NCBI GenBank assembly: GCA_965644295.1
Contig: CBFFRP010000375.1
Coordinates: 1 to 64,000, forward strand
Origin: Paraphysomonas bandaiensis
Taxonomy: Eukaryota > Protista > Chrysophyceae
DNA length: 64,000 nucleotides
Direction: 5' to 3'
The position numbers and the translations under genes are program-made. The first letter of the stretch is position 1. Each line of letters opens with the position of its first letter. The notes below the pieces were generated by a model. It made no database searches. It was not told the DNA's origin and saw only the letters and a list, made by a program, of their open reading frames with translations. Of this stretch, positions 23,967 to 37,357 are shown one piece after another.

Positions 23967-24124
23967 TGTGGGAATAAGATCCAGCAGAATATGTCGATCC
24001 AGCAAAAAAATCCAGGCTTTTTTGATGCATGTTGTTTTTTGACGAATATATTTCAGAGAAATAACGAAAAAAGGTCGATTTTTTTGCTGGATCGACATAT
24101 TCTGCTGATCGACTTATTCCCACA
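23967..24124. mobile_element. MITE-like element with ~45-50-bp terminal inverted repeats
   Basis: TGTGGGAATAAG..CAGCAGAATATGTCGATCCAGCAAAAAAATC at left; its reverse complement ends CTTATTCCCACA at right. Confidence 0.55.
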
Positions 24125-25119
24125 GAAGGAATTTGAGAGAGCGAATACACTGTGAATCGTGCCATTATTAACTGTGAGTTCGTATAGCAAGCTTCATCAC
24201 TATGCGGGAGAGCTATTGTGAAGGTTTATGCCTCATTATCGACAAAATGAGCGTGACAAGTGGGTTCCCGTGACCTGTAGAAAAGCGGAGAGTGTATGTC
24301 TCGAGGTTATTGAAGATGACGCAAGCAAGCAGAATGCCTATTAGTATTGGAGGGGAGAAAAGCATTTGAAATGCGCAGTGAAAGTTCAGTCCGAGTACGT
24401 CGTTGATTCATGTGCTGATTTACAGCATGAAACCGTGTTTGAAATGGAAAAAGAAGACCATTCAGGTGAGGTAGTGGATATGCTCGACTTACTGAGCAAT
24501 GCTCTCAGTCGTGGTAGAAAGAGAAATAATGTATCAGAAATGGCTTTAAGCTCCAGAGACTCCCGGCTAGTGTCAGGTAATAAGTATTGGTACTAGAGAC
24601 TAGAGTAGTAGAGTGTGTAGCTGGAGTACTATTGGGCTGTTGAGTAATAATCAGTTCATTCATTGGGGTACAGTTATTGCTTTTCTGTTACATGCGCAAG
24701 CAATAATGAGAACTAGATGGTGTACTGTAATGAACTATAAGATTAGGTGAAATTTAGCATATATCAAGATTTGTCGTTAATTTGCAGCAAACGCATGCAT
24801 GTGTATGTTATTGGGAATTCTAGATTCGAGAGCGATATATAGCGGCATGCGCCTTATACTTCACAGTTTTCTAGAAAGAGCTTCTCAGTACTTCACACCA
24901 TCACTATAAAGTAATTTAGTAATAAGTTGTTGAAGAAGTTATGGATATGTGCTTATTATACTGTAGCTGCATTATATAAGGACATGAAACTTAAATGCTT
25001 GATAGTAGAGTCAACCCATCATTACTATTGATGACAGCGTGTCAGTGAGTAAGCGGCAGATCTAACATTATCACTGGTTGTACACAAACAACAACAACTA
25101 ATTTCTACGTGAGCAGATG

Positions 25120-25734
25120 CTACAACTCCTCTTCATTCTTATAATCCTCATAAGATATGCCATTGTTGTGTATCGACCCGTGCACCTTGTACATCTCCAT
25201 TTTCGCACGGTGTGTTACAACTTCCTTAGAGTTTTGTCCGTACAAATTAATCAGTATATTCAGCGCTCTGTTCATAGCAGTTTCGCATTCTCTTAAATTG
25301 CCTACCTTGTAACTGACTGACCCGTAGTTTCCCAAAGCATATGCTGTATTAGGAGTCTCAGGCCCACTCACAATTTCATTTACATCAACCAATTCACGTG
25401 AAACTTCTAAAACGTCATCGAATCTTTTCTGTTTATACAGTACTTGGCCAAGTGCATTCAGCTTTACCATTCTTTCTTTTGAATATTTTCCATATTTCTC
25501 AGTCCACTCTCTCAATTCCCGAACTAGATTAGCCTCTTCTTCTTGTAGCTTCTTCACATCTGTTATACCTCGATTAACTTCTTGTCTAGCTCTCAATTCG
25601 TCTTTAAGCTTTTCCAGTTCACTTTCGTTAACAATGTTCTCATTGCCAGATGAGACTCTCTTTGAACGAGCATCCACTGTAATGAACATGTTCAGCATAC
25701 ATAAATACAGAACAAACCATGCTAGAAAATCCAT
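25120..25734 (-). CDS. Signal-peptide protein with coiled coil and kinesin-light-chain-type TPR repeats
   Basis: Hydrophobic N-terminus; LNALGQVLYKQKRFDD and TAYALGNYGSVSYKVGNL...RALNI TPR motifs. Confidence 0.75.
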   Translation of the reverse strand: MDFLAWFVLYLCMLNMFITVDARSKRVSSGNENIVNESELEKLKDELRARQEVNRGITDVKKLQEEEANLVRELREWTEKYGKYSKERMVKLNALGQVLYKQKRFDDVLEVSRELVDVNEIVSGPETPNTAYALGNYGSVSYKVGNLRECETAMNRALNILINLYGQNSKEVVTHRAKMEMYKVHGSIHNNGISYEDYKNEEEL

Positions 25735-26275
25735 GTAAGAGTGTTGTAAGATACAAGGTTAACAATGAAGAGGTCTGGCCTCTTCTCACTTAAACATACT
25801 ACAGTGCTGCATGCATCACTATTGCAGTGATATTGTACGAATGGGCAACTACATAAAATGGGACTTTTTGATAAAATGATCGCTTTATGAACTGTGGAAG
25901 TAGCAAAATGCGAGTTTTTTACAATGGATAGTAAGGCTTTCTACGTTTTTCCATATAACGAATATATTTCATGGGTTTCCTAAACTAAAAAATAAGAATA
26001 TAAAGAACATTACAAGTAAGTTCAAACAACAGATTTTTACCACTAAAAAATGTGAAGTAGACAAGAATACATGAATGTTTGCATGAATGTCGTGTGCATG
26101 TGTTTATATTGTCCAGAGAATCAACACAATGATCGAATTTTGAATTTGTAATTAGCATACTGGTTTAAGAACGGGTCGATGTACCTCTATATTGCATCCA
26201 GTACTCAATAGTTGATTATAGATTAAAGTTAGTGTTGACTGTGACTGATATATACATATACATACATACTGTACA

Positions 26276-28121
26276 ATGCCTCTTATAGAAGGAGATAGCG
26301 CTACAATTCCAAAAGACTTTGCCACTCTATCTGCTACAACTACCATATCATTAACTCTTCTTTCCTTTGGTGGTCATCTTGCTCGGAGTACATTACCTGT
26401 ACTGGAAGTGTTTTTTCTTGAAGATGGATTTGTAACATCGTCAGGATATGGTTTACTTCTTGCTGCCCAATCATTTCCCGCCCTCATATTGCCATTCTTC
26501 ATTGGTTATCTTTATGACACGTTTGACTATCGGCACGTCACAGTATGTCTGTTAGTTACAGCACTCATGGGGCAAGTTCTCTTTGCTCTTGCGGTAACGG
26601 TGAAATCTCTTCCCTGGGCTATTGCTGCACAGCTGATTTTTGGAAGTGGTGTGTCTGGTGTAATGGTAGCTCAACGAGCTCTTATATCTGAAAATCTCAA
26701 AGTAATCACATTTACCTGAGTTTCCGTTTTTATTCTTTTCTCTTCAGGGTAGAGAGGGATTGGGCACTGGGTGCACTGTTGCAGTTGCCAGCATCGCAAA
26801 GCTCATAGGGAAAGCGTCAATGGCTCCTATTGTGGTATATACATGAGCATATTACATGAATATATTCTACTTTTTTGTTAGTTATTCACACCTGAATAGC
26901 GTGTATCTCAACTCCTACATACACTGTGGCATCTAAGCGTGCTGTCCTTTAGATATGGCTACGGTCTTATAAACTGGCTCTATTTTGCTTCTGTCTGTAC
27001 TCACTATTCTCTCTCGTTGCTGGATTGGTGGCAATGTATTCAACCAAGTATAGCATATCCGCTCACGTTGCACTTCCTCTATCAGACCCTGATGAAGAAC
27101 CAGCGCCTAAGTATGGAGCACATTTTAATGTCACGTTGTGTATAGATTTTGTATTAATCGACCCAAAATAATGCCATTCAATTATCTAATTAGTATGTCT
27201 TCAGGAGAAGTTTATGTGATTCTCTGTCCCTCATGTCCTCCAGATTCTATTGTGTGGTATTTACGCACATGACATACTTACTGGTGCGTATATTTTACTT
27301 CAATCTACAACAACACTGACATGTCCGTGACATTATGCTTCACATATATCTATATCTGTTCGTGCGCTTTGGAATTCAGGTGAAATGTTGATTCACAGGT
27401 GTTTCATCTTCTGGGAAACTTCCTGCCTCACATTTTGACCGTGAGTTGGAATCAGGGCATTGTTGTAGCTGGGTTCATAGCCAGTTTATCATCGCTCTTT
27501 CCTATGCTTATTGCACCTGTAGTTGGCTACACTGTTGATCGATTTGGTTTTCGCATTGAGATATGCATATTGGCTGGGGTAAGTGCTCTTTTAAATCGGA
27601 TTGACTGTATTGCAGTATGACATGCTTGATATAACTTCGTTGTCATATATAGTCGATTAATCGTGCTGACGTTTCTGATGTCTGAATATTGTACATTTGC
27701 ATAATATATGTACCTTCAAGTATATACCTTATCACAGTCTTATCAGGTTGCCACCACTGTCGCTTACGCTCTATTCCTTTTCTCTTCTGTTGTTCCGGTT
27801 CTCCCGATTCTGTTAATTTCAGTCGCCCAGTCTCTGATTCCAACTATAACACTGGCGATGGTCCCGCTTTGCATCCCGAGTGTGGTCTTTGGGATAGGAT
27901 TTGGTATAGTAGAGTTCGTCGATCATCTCGGTAATCTGGTGGGAAACTTTGGGTTCGGATACCTGTATCAAGCGACAAGCTCGTATAAATTAGGAATGAT
28001 ATTACTATTTCTGTTGTCTATTCTGGGTTTGTTGTTATTGTCTATATTAACTGTGATAGACAGGAATTCAGATTTCAGAAGGAAAGAGAGTTTCAGATAC
28101 CTGTATGATGAAGTATTGTAA
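26276..28121 (+). CDS. Major facilitator superfamily transporter (MFSD1-like), multi-exon
   Basis: Many TM segments; MFS motif A-like GYLYDTFDYR and GYTVDRFGFR; GT-AG introns join the ORF pieces. Confidence 0.8.
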
Positions 28122-28485
28122 TATAGTTTTACGGATGGTTCTTATTTTTCACGTAGGACTTCTGCTTGTTATATAGTACATGATTCATGTCAATGAATAA
28201 AAATGGCATGTTATGATATGGAATTATAAAACTTTCAGGTGGTCGACAAGAAATATTTTATTTGCGTGTAGTAGCCATTGGGTCTCTGTAACCCTCTTTG
28301 TACTAACTGGAATATTGCACAGTGTGGGAGAAGTCATAGATAGAAAACAGCTCGTTGATATTGACTATATATTGATATTGTATGTTGGGGAATTATGAAC
28401 CGTTGGGGCGAATATAAAGTGCTGCTATGTATAGCACGCAATACTTTCCGGCACTGCTTTTCAGTACTTAGAAATTAGGTGTTAG

Positions 28486-29212
28486 GTAGTAGTGAAAGTC
28501 TGATTATTAGCAATAGGCGTGTAAGATTCATAACTAATGTAGCAAAACAATTTAATAACTAGTGCGTAACTCTGTTATCTTACTATTTGACACTACGAAA
28601 GCTGCTTGTGCGTCACCGCAAGCACCAAGGTGCAACCACTTTGGTTCTATCACTCAAAGCAAGCGCAGTGAGCAAACAGAATGTTGATATACCTGACATC
28701 TGCTGACTTCAGGATTTTGAGTCCTTAAGTGAGTGTGAGAGCTGTCCACGGATATGTAGTTCTTCAGTGTCAAGGTGTGAAGGAAATACGTATGCAATTC
28801 ACTGCGAGTACAGTTTCATGTCACGATTGTGGCAGCTATATTCCAATAGTGTTCATTGTTCATTCATCGTTGCTGCTGATAATTTCTATGCGTCTGTTGC
28901 TAGTTGCTATGTATAAGTATACTTCATGCTGAAATATTAATAAGTACGTGAGTTTTTTGGTGTTGTAGGCGTTTAATTGATTATATACTTAATTATTCAT
29001 AGTAGATTATTGAAGGTAATGCTTTGAATCTTAGGACTCCCATGATTTCGTAATGTTTATTCATGGAAGCTACTGTATATTGTAATAAACTATTTACTGG
29101 CACTGGGTGAGTTTCTTATCATGGTACTATAACTTCGTAATATTGGTGAATAGCTGCTTTGATATACATGGAATCTCATGCTTCGTACTTCACGCTCGTG
29201 TTAGTTCTTTGC
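28486..29212 (+). repeat. Left arm of ~725-bp inverted repeat
   Basis: Reverse complement of 31338-32060; the near-identical 67-aa ORF appears on both strands in the ORF track. Confidence 0.9.
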
Positions 29213-30050
29213 AAATACGTAATTTTCTTACTATATAGATAACTTACGTCTGCGTCGTGGGTATCATCGTGAAATCTTTCCACTCTTAGTAGATTAATTG
29301 TCGATACATACCTTGTATATATTTGGCAATTTAGAGCTATCCTGGAGCATGATACTCTAATAGACAGAAAAGAACTGCTCACACTTCTGTCTGTTCTTGG
29401 AGTGGAAGGAAGGAGAACTTACATATATCTTTGAGTTTTTATTTATTCTTTTAGATAATCTCAATCTTATGAGTCTCATCAGATTACATATCATTTCAGT
29501 CAGGTCAGTGGGCCTCCTAATTTTAAACTCTCATGGTACCCCTTAGAGATAGTATAAAATATGGAGCAATATATGTGTGTTTCACTTACAGCAGACGTGA
29601 ACTGTAACCTAAAATATATTCAGGTAATGAGTGCATACTGTGATGATGTAGTATGTTTACCGCTGGCTCATTCTCACGAATATGGATCTGATTACCCTCC
29701 CTGTGCTTAAGTATAACGTTGAAACATATCTATGTATGATTCTTCTTATGTGTCATCTAATGTTTGATGTGTCGGTATGGAGTTGTGGATGGCAAAACTA
29801 ACTCCTTGTGCATGCATCATCTTGTAAACCACCATGTCGGATATATATGTCCATATGTCCACACTCTGACATACTCCTGCTGTATTGTGTTGGTGGTGTC
29901 CATCATATCAGTGCTCCTAAAAGCGCAGGATTAGTCAAAATTCATAGGATTTCGGAATCAACAGTCTCAAAATAACGATATTTCTGAAAAACTCCTCTCA
30001 AACTCCACTCATTTCGGTGTTTGTCCAATAAAAGTAATAAAAAAAGGAAA

Positions 30051-30124
30051 TGCTCAATCGGGGGCTCGAACCCAGGACCTTAGGTTTATTAGACCTACGC
30101 TCTGACCAACTGAGCTAATCGAGC
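30051..30124 (-). tRNA. tRNA-Ile(AAT)
   Basis: Cloverleaf GCTCGAT..GCTC AGTTGGTCA GAGC..TAGGT CT AAT AA ACCTA..GGTTCGAGCCC..ATTGAGC A, followed by a T-run terminator. Confidence 0.95.
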
Positions 30125-31337
30125 ACTTGTTGATATTAAACTCATAAAAAATAATAAATATAATATCATATGTAATGAATGCAAAGTCCCCCATTTCCAC
30201 ACTAATGACACACTCAATTTACACTGCATCAGACACACATATCACACTCATATGCTCGATCATTGATATATGCCACTCAAACACGCTGGGTTATCAATAG
30301 AACATGCTATTTGGAGGTGCAGAGTCCAACTTTCACAAGTTTTGGTGGAAATTCGATTCTAATATTGCAAATATTATCCAGCATCAAAATTCACAGTTAT
30401 GGAGAGCTCCTGAACTCATTGTGAGGTACATAGCAGAGACCAGTTGCTGAAAACAATTTTATGATATCTAAGATGATATTTTGAATTCTGATTTTGGATT
30501 CATTGATAAACGGTCGAGAAATATGCACATGTCGTCCTAGGAGGATCTGTCCCAAATGGCACCCTCCTTGTTGCATTTAATGATCGAATATGCCCCCTAA
30601 TTCAAGTACTTAGTGATATGAAATCTTGATACTGAGTTTCAGTTTTTATTTCGTTGGAATTATGTTCTTTCATAGCTCTATGTTGTACAGACAACCGTGG
30701 CCCCAACCTTCCAACTACTAGTGTTGTCCTATTTTGCAAGTGAATTCAATCTCAACGACTGTTTATGATACTGTTTTGATTAATGGAAGTATGCTTTGAT
30801 GAAGTATTAGGGCCGTAATTGATGGAATTGCTGCTTTGCAGATGCAATATAATATGCACATATGTCACTGGTGACACATTGTGTATGATATGATGTCAAC
30901 ACTACCCAATCAAATTTAATGTTTGTAGTGAGTTATTATAACTAATTTAACTTCTTTTCCTTGTTCAAGTTATTATACCCTTCATTGTTGGTCTGAATTT
31001 GCGATAATAAATAGATCGTCTGAAAATGGAAGGCAACATTCGACTTGTAGAATACGTGACCCATTTATTATCCATCCTTAAATCATGCAATAAGCTACTG
31101 TGATTTACGATGCTAAGGACTACTACTACGCAGTTACATATTATCTCGGATAACTTCAACCAAATCCTATAACCTATATATACTATTGTTTTCCTCACCG
31201 ATTAGCTGATCACTTACGGTGCAAAACTAATCATCTTGCTGTGACCATAATATATTGTATGCGACACCGAGTTAATTACTCAATTGTGATATATATACTA
31301 CTGGGCGTCCCCCTGATTAACCGCACCCATTTTAATA

Positions 31338-32060
31338 GCAAAGAACTAACACGAGCGTGAAGTACGAAGCATGAGATTCCATGTATATCAAAGCAGCTAT
31401 TCACCAATATTACGAAGTTATAGTACCATGATAAGAAACTCACCCAGTGCCAGTAAATAGTTTATTACAATATACAGTAGCTTCCATGAATAAACATCAC
31501 GATATCATGGGAGTCCTAAGCATTACCTTCAATAATCTACTACGAATAATTAAGTATATAATCAATTAAACGCCTACAACACCAAAAAACTCACGTACTT
31601 ATTAATATGTCAGCATGAAGTATACTTATACATAGCAACTAGCAACAGACGCAAAGAAATTATCAGCAGCAACGATGAATGAACAATGAACACTATTGGA
31701 ATATAGCCACCGCAATCGTGACATGAAGCTGTACTCGCAGTGAATTGCATACGTATTTCCTTCACACCTTGACGCTGAAGAACTACATATCCGTGGACAG
31801 CTCTCACACTCACTTAAGGACTCAAAATCCTGAAGTCAGCAGATGTCAGGTATATCAACATCCTGCCTGCTCACGTGTGCTTTGAGTGATAGAGCCAAAG
31901 TGGTTGCACCTTGGTGCTTGCGGCTTGCGGTGACGCACAAGCAGCTTTCGTAGCGCTAAATATTAAGATATTAGAGTTAAGCACTAGTGTTCAATTGATT
32001 TGCGGCATTAATTCTGACTCTTACACGCCTATTGCTAATAATCAGGCATTCACTTCTACT
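31338..32060 (-). repeat. Right arm of ~725-bp inverted repeat
   Basis: Reverse complement of 28486-29212. Confidence 0.9.
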
Positions 32061-34122
32061 AAATAAATTTTGAAATAAGGGAGTATTATCAAATAACGCT
32101 ACAATACATATAAGTAATTTAAATACAAGTAATTATTACATAAAAAGTCGTAATTGAGCGATACAACTACAAACAAAATAAGATAGCAAATATAAAAAGT
32201 TTGATATTCAATAGTATATGCGCTAGAATTGATCCAAATTGTTGAGACGATATCTTATCCATTTTTGAAAGTCCTCCATTGTTTAGTATAATCAGCGCTG
32301 CTCTACACTTGGTCACACGCTCACATTGAGGTAAAGATAGAAGCGGGATATGAATGTGTCTGTGAGGTCCACCACCATTGATTCCTTTTATAGAAAATTA
32401 TTTTGGTTTCACCCTTGTTTTCTACGAAGCGCCGCACATTAGGTACGCCTCTGGATTGATCGAATCGGTTGATGTGATTTTAGTATGATACATATCATAC
32501 TAAATGTGGGTGTGCACATACATATCATAATGGTTCAGATTGCATAGATATATGTATAGAGATTAATATGACGAGAGAGCGACACAACCATATGCAGCAT
32601 AATTACATTACTGAGTGATTGAATGCTAGGTAATAACTTGAACTGTGAGACATGTAGTTAGTTGTTAAGGTTTACTACATGTAAGATTCCATATATAGTA
32701 ATGGCAAAGGGCTGTATATTATGGTTTGATACGGTATGATATGATATATGAATATGGTGGTATACAGAATGGTGTATGATGTTACCGGATGATGAATGCA
32801 TGATTTATACTATATGATGTACAAGATGATGCACGATGTGGCTGATCATAGTTATTATATATTATATATTGATATGTCGATACAGCTATATGGAGCGAAC
32901 ACGCACGCATTAGTGAATGCCAGGTAATAACATGTTCCTATCGTCTTACTTGATGAACTGCAGAAAGTGCATAATATTTCACATTTGCGGTGAGCATTGC
33001 ATGTATATCTACATATATTCGAAGGTGCAGGAATATAAGGCTGTGTTATAGAGTGGCGTACAGTATGGTGTTGTACTATGTTGTGTGATGGTGTATGTTA
33101 TAATTAGTAACTTGTACGATGTGACTACGTATTATTTGTAAGATATGATATATAAGATGATTCAGGATGTGGTAGATTATTATTACATAGAATATACATC
33201 CTATGACGTGTTCGACTTGTTGAAGTGAAGTAGAGATGCCCAATGACATCAATATAAACACCCTAGTAAATAGACTGAATCTACTGTAGTCATGAGAACT
33301 AAAAATCTATCAATACTTTTAAAGTAACAATCAGTATGTCAAATATATAAAGTAGCAGTGTGCAACATGAAATGTTAACATACAAGAAATTAATTCAGTG
33401 AATACCATTACATGATATGATATAACTGTCATATACGCAGTTGCAGCATTAACACATCATCCACACAGCATATAATAATCTACTAAGCAGTGATAGACCA
33501 ACATTACGATACATTCATGTCCATTGAACAACGAACAGGAAAGTCCTGCCATTACCCATAACGAGGTTTACTCGAGTTATATGCTCATGTCCTGGAGTTA
33601 AGCCTTCCCTCCCTCTCAATGCCAAATAAAAAGGTACCAGACAGCCGGTTCCGTTATTGCACTTACTTCATAAGAAGAGACCCAGGAATGACGTCATATT
33701 CATAGAATGAGACGCCTCTTCATTGATAGTCATATATAGGTCCGTTGCATACTCAAGTGTAACCCATGTGTGCAGTCTCGTCTACCCACAGCATAACATC
33801 TCAATTAGCCGCATTTCTTTTATAGATAAGACAGCAGAGGTGTGCAACTCCGTGCTAGTTATTATATGATAATGTATATATGTATACATAGCAGCTCTGT
33901 CTCAGTTAAAACGTATGAGCTGCTATGGATTGCTCATGAGATATAGTAGACATGTCTACCGGCAGTCGATCTGCAGTTCAATCCTCAGCTGTGTCTCTTC
34001 CAGCGCATTAATTCTTATACACATCCAGTCATCAAGTAAGAGTTATGTTATTCATATCCATACCTGTGAATTAATTTATGATATTATATTTATTATTTTT
34101 TATGAGTTTAATATCGACAAGT

Positions 34123-34196
34123 GCTCGATTAGCTCAGTTGGTCAGAGCGTAGGTCTAATAAACCTAAGGTCCTGGGTTCGAGCCCCCGATTGAGCA
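34123..34196 (+). tRNA. tRNA-Ile(AAT), second identical copy
   Basis: Identical to 30051-30124 in the opposite orientation; downstream TTTTTTT Pol III terminator. Confidence 0.95.
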
Positions 34197-34267
34197 TTTC
34201 CTTTTTTTGTCCATTCATCTTTTTTTTTTCTGGATGTATATGGACAACAGTGTATGTCGATATACCC

Positions 34268-34333
34268 TATAGTAACCCCGTACAGTAACCCGTATAGTAA
34301 CCCCGTACAGTAACCCGTATAGTATACCCGTAT
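34268..34333. repeat. Short tandem repeat of alternating 13/12-bp units (25-bp period)
   Basis: GTAACCCCGTACA/GTAACCCGTATA repeated ~2.5 times. Confidence 0.8.
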
Positions 34334-34546
34334 GTCGAATAATCTCTGAAAGTAATTGGATGGTGGAAACTTGAGTTAACGAATTCTATACCACAGAATA
34401 AACATTGAAGTTCAATTGCAACAATAGGACAGACAGATCGACCGCTCATCACAATCACTCTCAGTATATACATACACACATATATTATAAAATTCTTATT
34501 AAAGTATTGTTCTAATTAATTTATATTAATTACAATTAATTAAGAT

Positions 34547-35269
34547 ATGGAAAGCACAACTATTGAAGAGAGAAGACTACAGGAAGAAGTAATGAATTTG
34601 GCATTAAACCGTGGTGGAGCAGCCTCTGTAGCAGCATTTCTTGGTACAGGCATAGGTGTCTATGTCGCCCATATGAAACATGCTGGATTTCGCAAGAATT
34701 TTGGTGTGAGTGGAAAATCAGCTTTGCCAATCATGGCTGCACTGTTTGCTGGCTCTTTAGTGACTGAGTTGTATATGTTTGATGCTAAACGTAATCCGGA
34801 AGAATACGGTCTGCGTCCTTATGCTAATGGTGCTTCTCCCGCTCCCAAGAAGTACACTGCTCCTCTACATCACAAGATATTCAACGGAATTCACGACAAA
34901 CCTTTCTACTTTGTAACAGCTGCTGGAATACCTCTGGCTGGCAAGATATTGATGGATAGACTTAACAAGCCTCACTTGTCACTGTCCCAGGCGATATTGC
35001 AGTCTCGTGTGGTACGTGCAATATGTGCTTCTGAATATTGCAATATGTATTTAGTATTGCTGTAATTGTGTTCTATTTTTTTCCTTCGAGATCTATGATT
35101 TCGTTCGTGCTTGTGTCACCTTGCATTATACGCATTCGCTTCACTTGTTTTATTCATGTACTAATTATTTATATAGATGGCTCAGTTCGGAGTATTGAGT
35201 ATTGTCCTAACGACTATGTACACAAGATATTACGTAGCCAAAAATGGTCGTTTTCCTGATGACGAATAG
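34547..35269 (+). CDS. HIG1 (hypoxia-induced gene)/Rcf2-like mitochondrial inner-membrane protein, 2 exons
   Basis: TM pairs; spliced LSLSQAILQSRV|MAQFGVLSIVLT matches the HIG1 RVxAQ motif; ends NGRFPDDE*. Confidence 0.7.
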
Positions 35270-36327
35270 AGATGAGCAGCCTACCGTCGCCTAACGTCAT
35301 CTTGCAGGGTTATGCTCACAGAGAAACATCCTGTAGAGTAGAGAGTATTTTCATGTAGGTTAAGGTGGATACATATATCAGTATTGCTTTTGTCTCCTGA
35401 AGAACTCTGTTTACATATGTAGTATACGAAGTCTTATATAGGTAGCAGTCTTACAGCTTAGTGCTAAGTGATTAAAGATACACATACCAGTTTCGACCAC
35501 ATCGGCGGCTGTTATAGTGTAATAATCTAGAAAAAAGGAAATAATATGTGTCTATCGGGTCCCATTTTAGGAACCACGAAGCATGTCCGTGTGTAGAGTG
35601 TAGAGAGACGGTCAACACACAAAACGAGGAAATTATTTTCAATGTAACAACTTAGACTAACTCAACATTACATATGATCCGACATTCACTGCAAATAATT
35701 TATTGTTTTTCAATTATATTCTTACATTCATACGCACACAGCATACGCATCTGCTATGCTTAAGTTCTTGTTCGGAGATACACCATTACGAGTAAGAAAA
35801 TATAGAGCTAGAGTATACTAGAGATACTGCACAATTTGTCCAGGGTCTATTCATCCCGTTACTAATAACTAAACGGCAACAGCATTGATGCCAAATGAAT
35901 AGAACGAGTTGTATTGCTTTCTATTCATTGTCTACATTACCATTCTTTTCATAATATTTTAGTAAAGTTGCTTGCAACACACCACATAAATTTTAAACTC
36001 AAAGTGTAAATCTGTCTTGAAACAATGCAGGTTGGTTACTAATAAAGAAAACTATTCACAATAAGTAAATGATAAGTATAGTCATAAAAAGATTTACTTT
36101 TACATACATAAAAGACTGTCGTAATTTATATATACAAGTCTTTCCAATTAGAATATGATAAAGTAGTTAAAGAACTAAACTAAAAAGAACACGACAAGAC
36201 GTGTCGAAGTATATATATTCCCCTCAGTACTATCTTAAATGGAACTAATACGTAGTTTCTGTATTTTCGTGTTGTTATACACACAAGGTCGATCATACTC
36301 GCTCATATCAAATAAACATCTCCACAG

Positions 36328-37357
36328 TTACATATGCTGCTTTAGGGTGCTACCATTATGGCAGGAATCAAACCTCAGTCTCAGCTGCTCCATAATCAGG
36401 AATGTTATCATTATATTCGGTCCTATTCTGAGATAAGTCATCCAGAAACCCGACCAGAGCACCAATACTCCCTCTTTGCGAACACTTTCTGTTATACAAT
36501 GCAACATTCCCCTGTATACAGGTAGAGAAGGAGAGACGGAGGGGGATATACCGGCAGATGCATAGGCAACGGCGGTGCTTGGTGATAGTTGAGACATCAT
36601 CCTGCTCTTAGCGAAATCAAATGGGGTAGAGACCGCCGCGCTAATCAAACCAGATATGAGAGAGGAGGTAAAATGTAGATATATATTATCTTGGAATGGA
36701 TTCGGAAGAGAGAGTAGAGTCTCCTTGGCATGGTCATATGTGGACAGCTCAACTGCAGCTAGAGCCGTTGCACGCAATGCTGACGGTAAAACCCCTACAT
36801 ACAGTCCTGCGATTCCCTCTTGTCGCCATATTGTCTCCAGCGCCACTTTAACACTACTGTGTACTGCCGGTCCCCCAGCCTGCATTCGCACCTTGACCAA
36901 GTCCAGGGGTGTGATAAGCGCTGCTGTCAGACATCCACATAAACTCCCAGAGAACACCTTCTTCCACATAGGGAGAAGCTTCTCGTCTTCACTTCCCATC
37001 ATCTTCTTTATTGGAGCATAAAGGGCTGAATATGAAACTCACGACAACATAACATACACGTTTTTCTTCTCACCATATCTGATTCCGCCGTAAATACCCC
37101 TCATAAAGGCAGGTGTTATACCCCAGTACAAGGCCTGAAAGCCATTGCTTCGAACCAAGTTGACTAAGGTGGAAACTGGTGACGCATTAGATGCTCCTTG
37201 GATCTGGAGTCTTACTTTAATCGTGTCAATCGGATGTGTACACGAAGCGGCCACGGCCGATGCAACAGCAGCGAAGCCCTGAAAGTACCTTTACTGATGA
37301 TAAATCCATATATTTCACAAAGAATACCAGTCTTTTAGAGGCACTGTTGGATTCCAT
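36328..37357 (-). CDS. Mitochondrial carrier (SLC25; UCP/dicarboxylate-like), 3 exons
   Basis: Three PxDxxKxR repeats: HPIDTIKVRLQ, TPLDLVKVRMQ, TPFDFAKSRMM; C-terminal YLRIGPNIMITFLIMEQL. Confidence 0.92.

Noticed and set aside
28729-31813. Paired 67-aa ORFs (28729-28932 +, 31610-31813 -)
   Set aside because: GTG-started by-products of the inverted repeat, with no recognisable protein features.
34268-34333. Interstitial telomere (TAACCC-containing repeat)
   Set aside because: The units are 12-13 bp with extra GTA/CA/TA sequence, not a pure telomeric tract.
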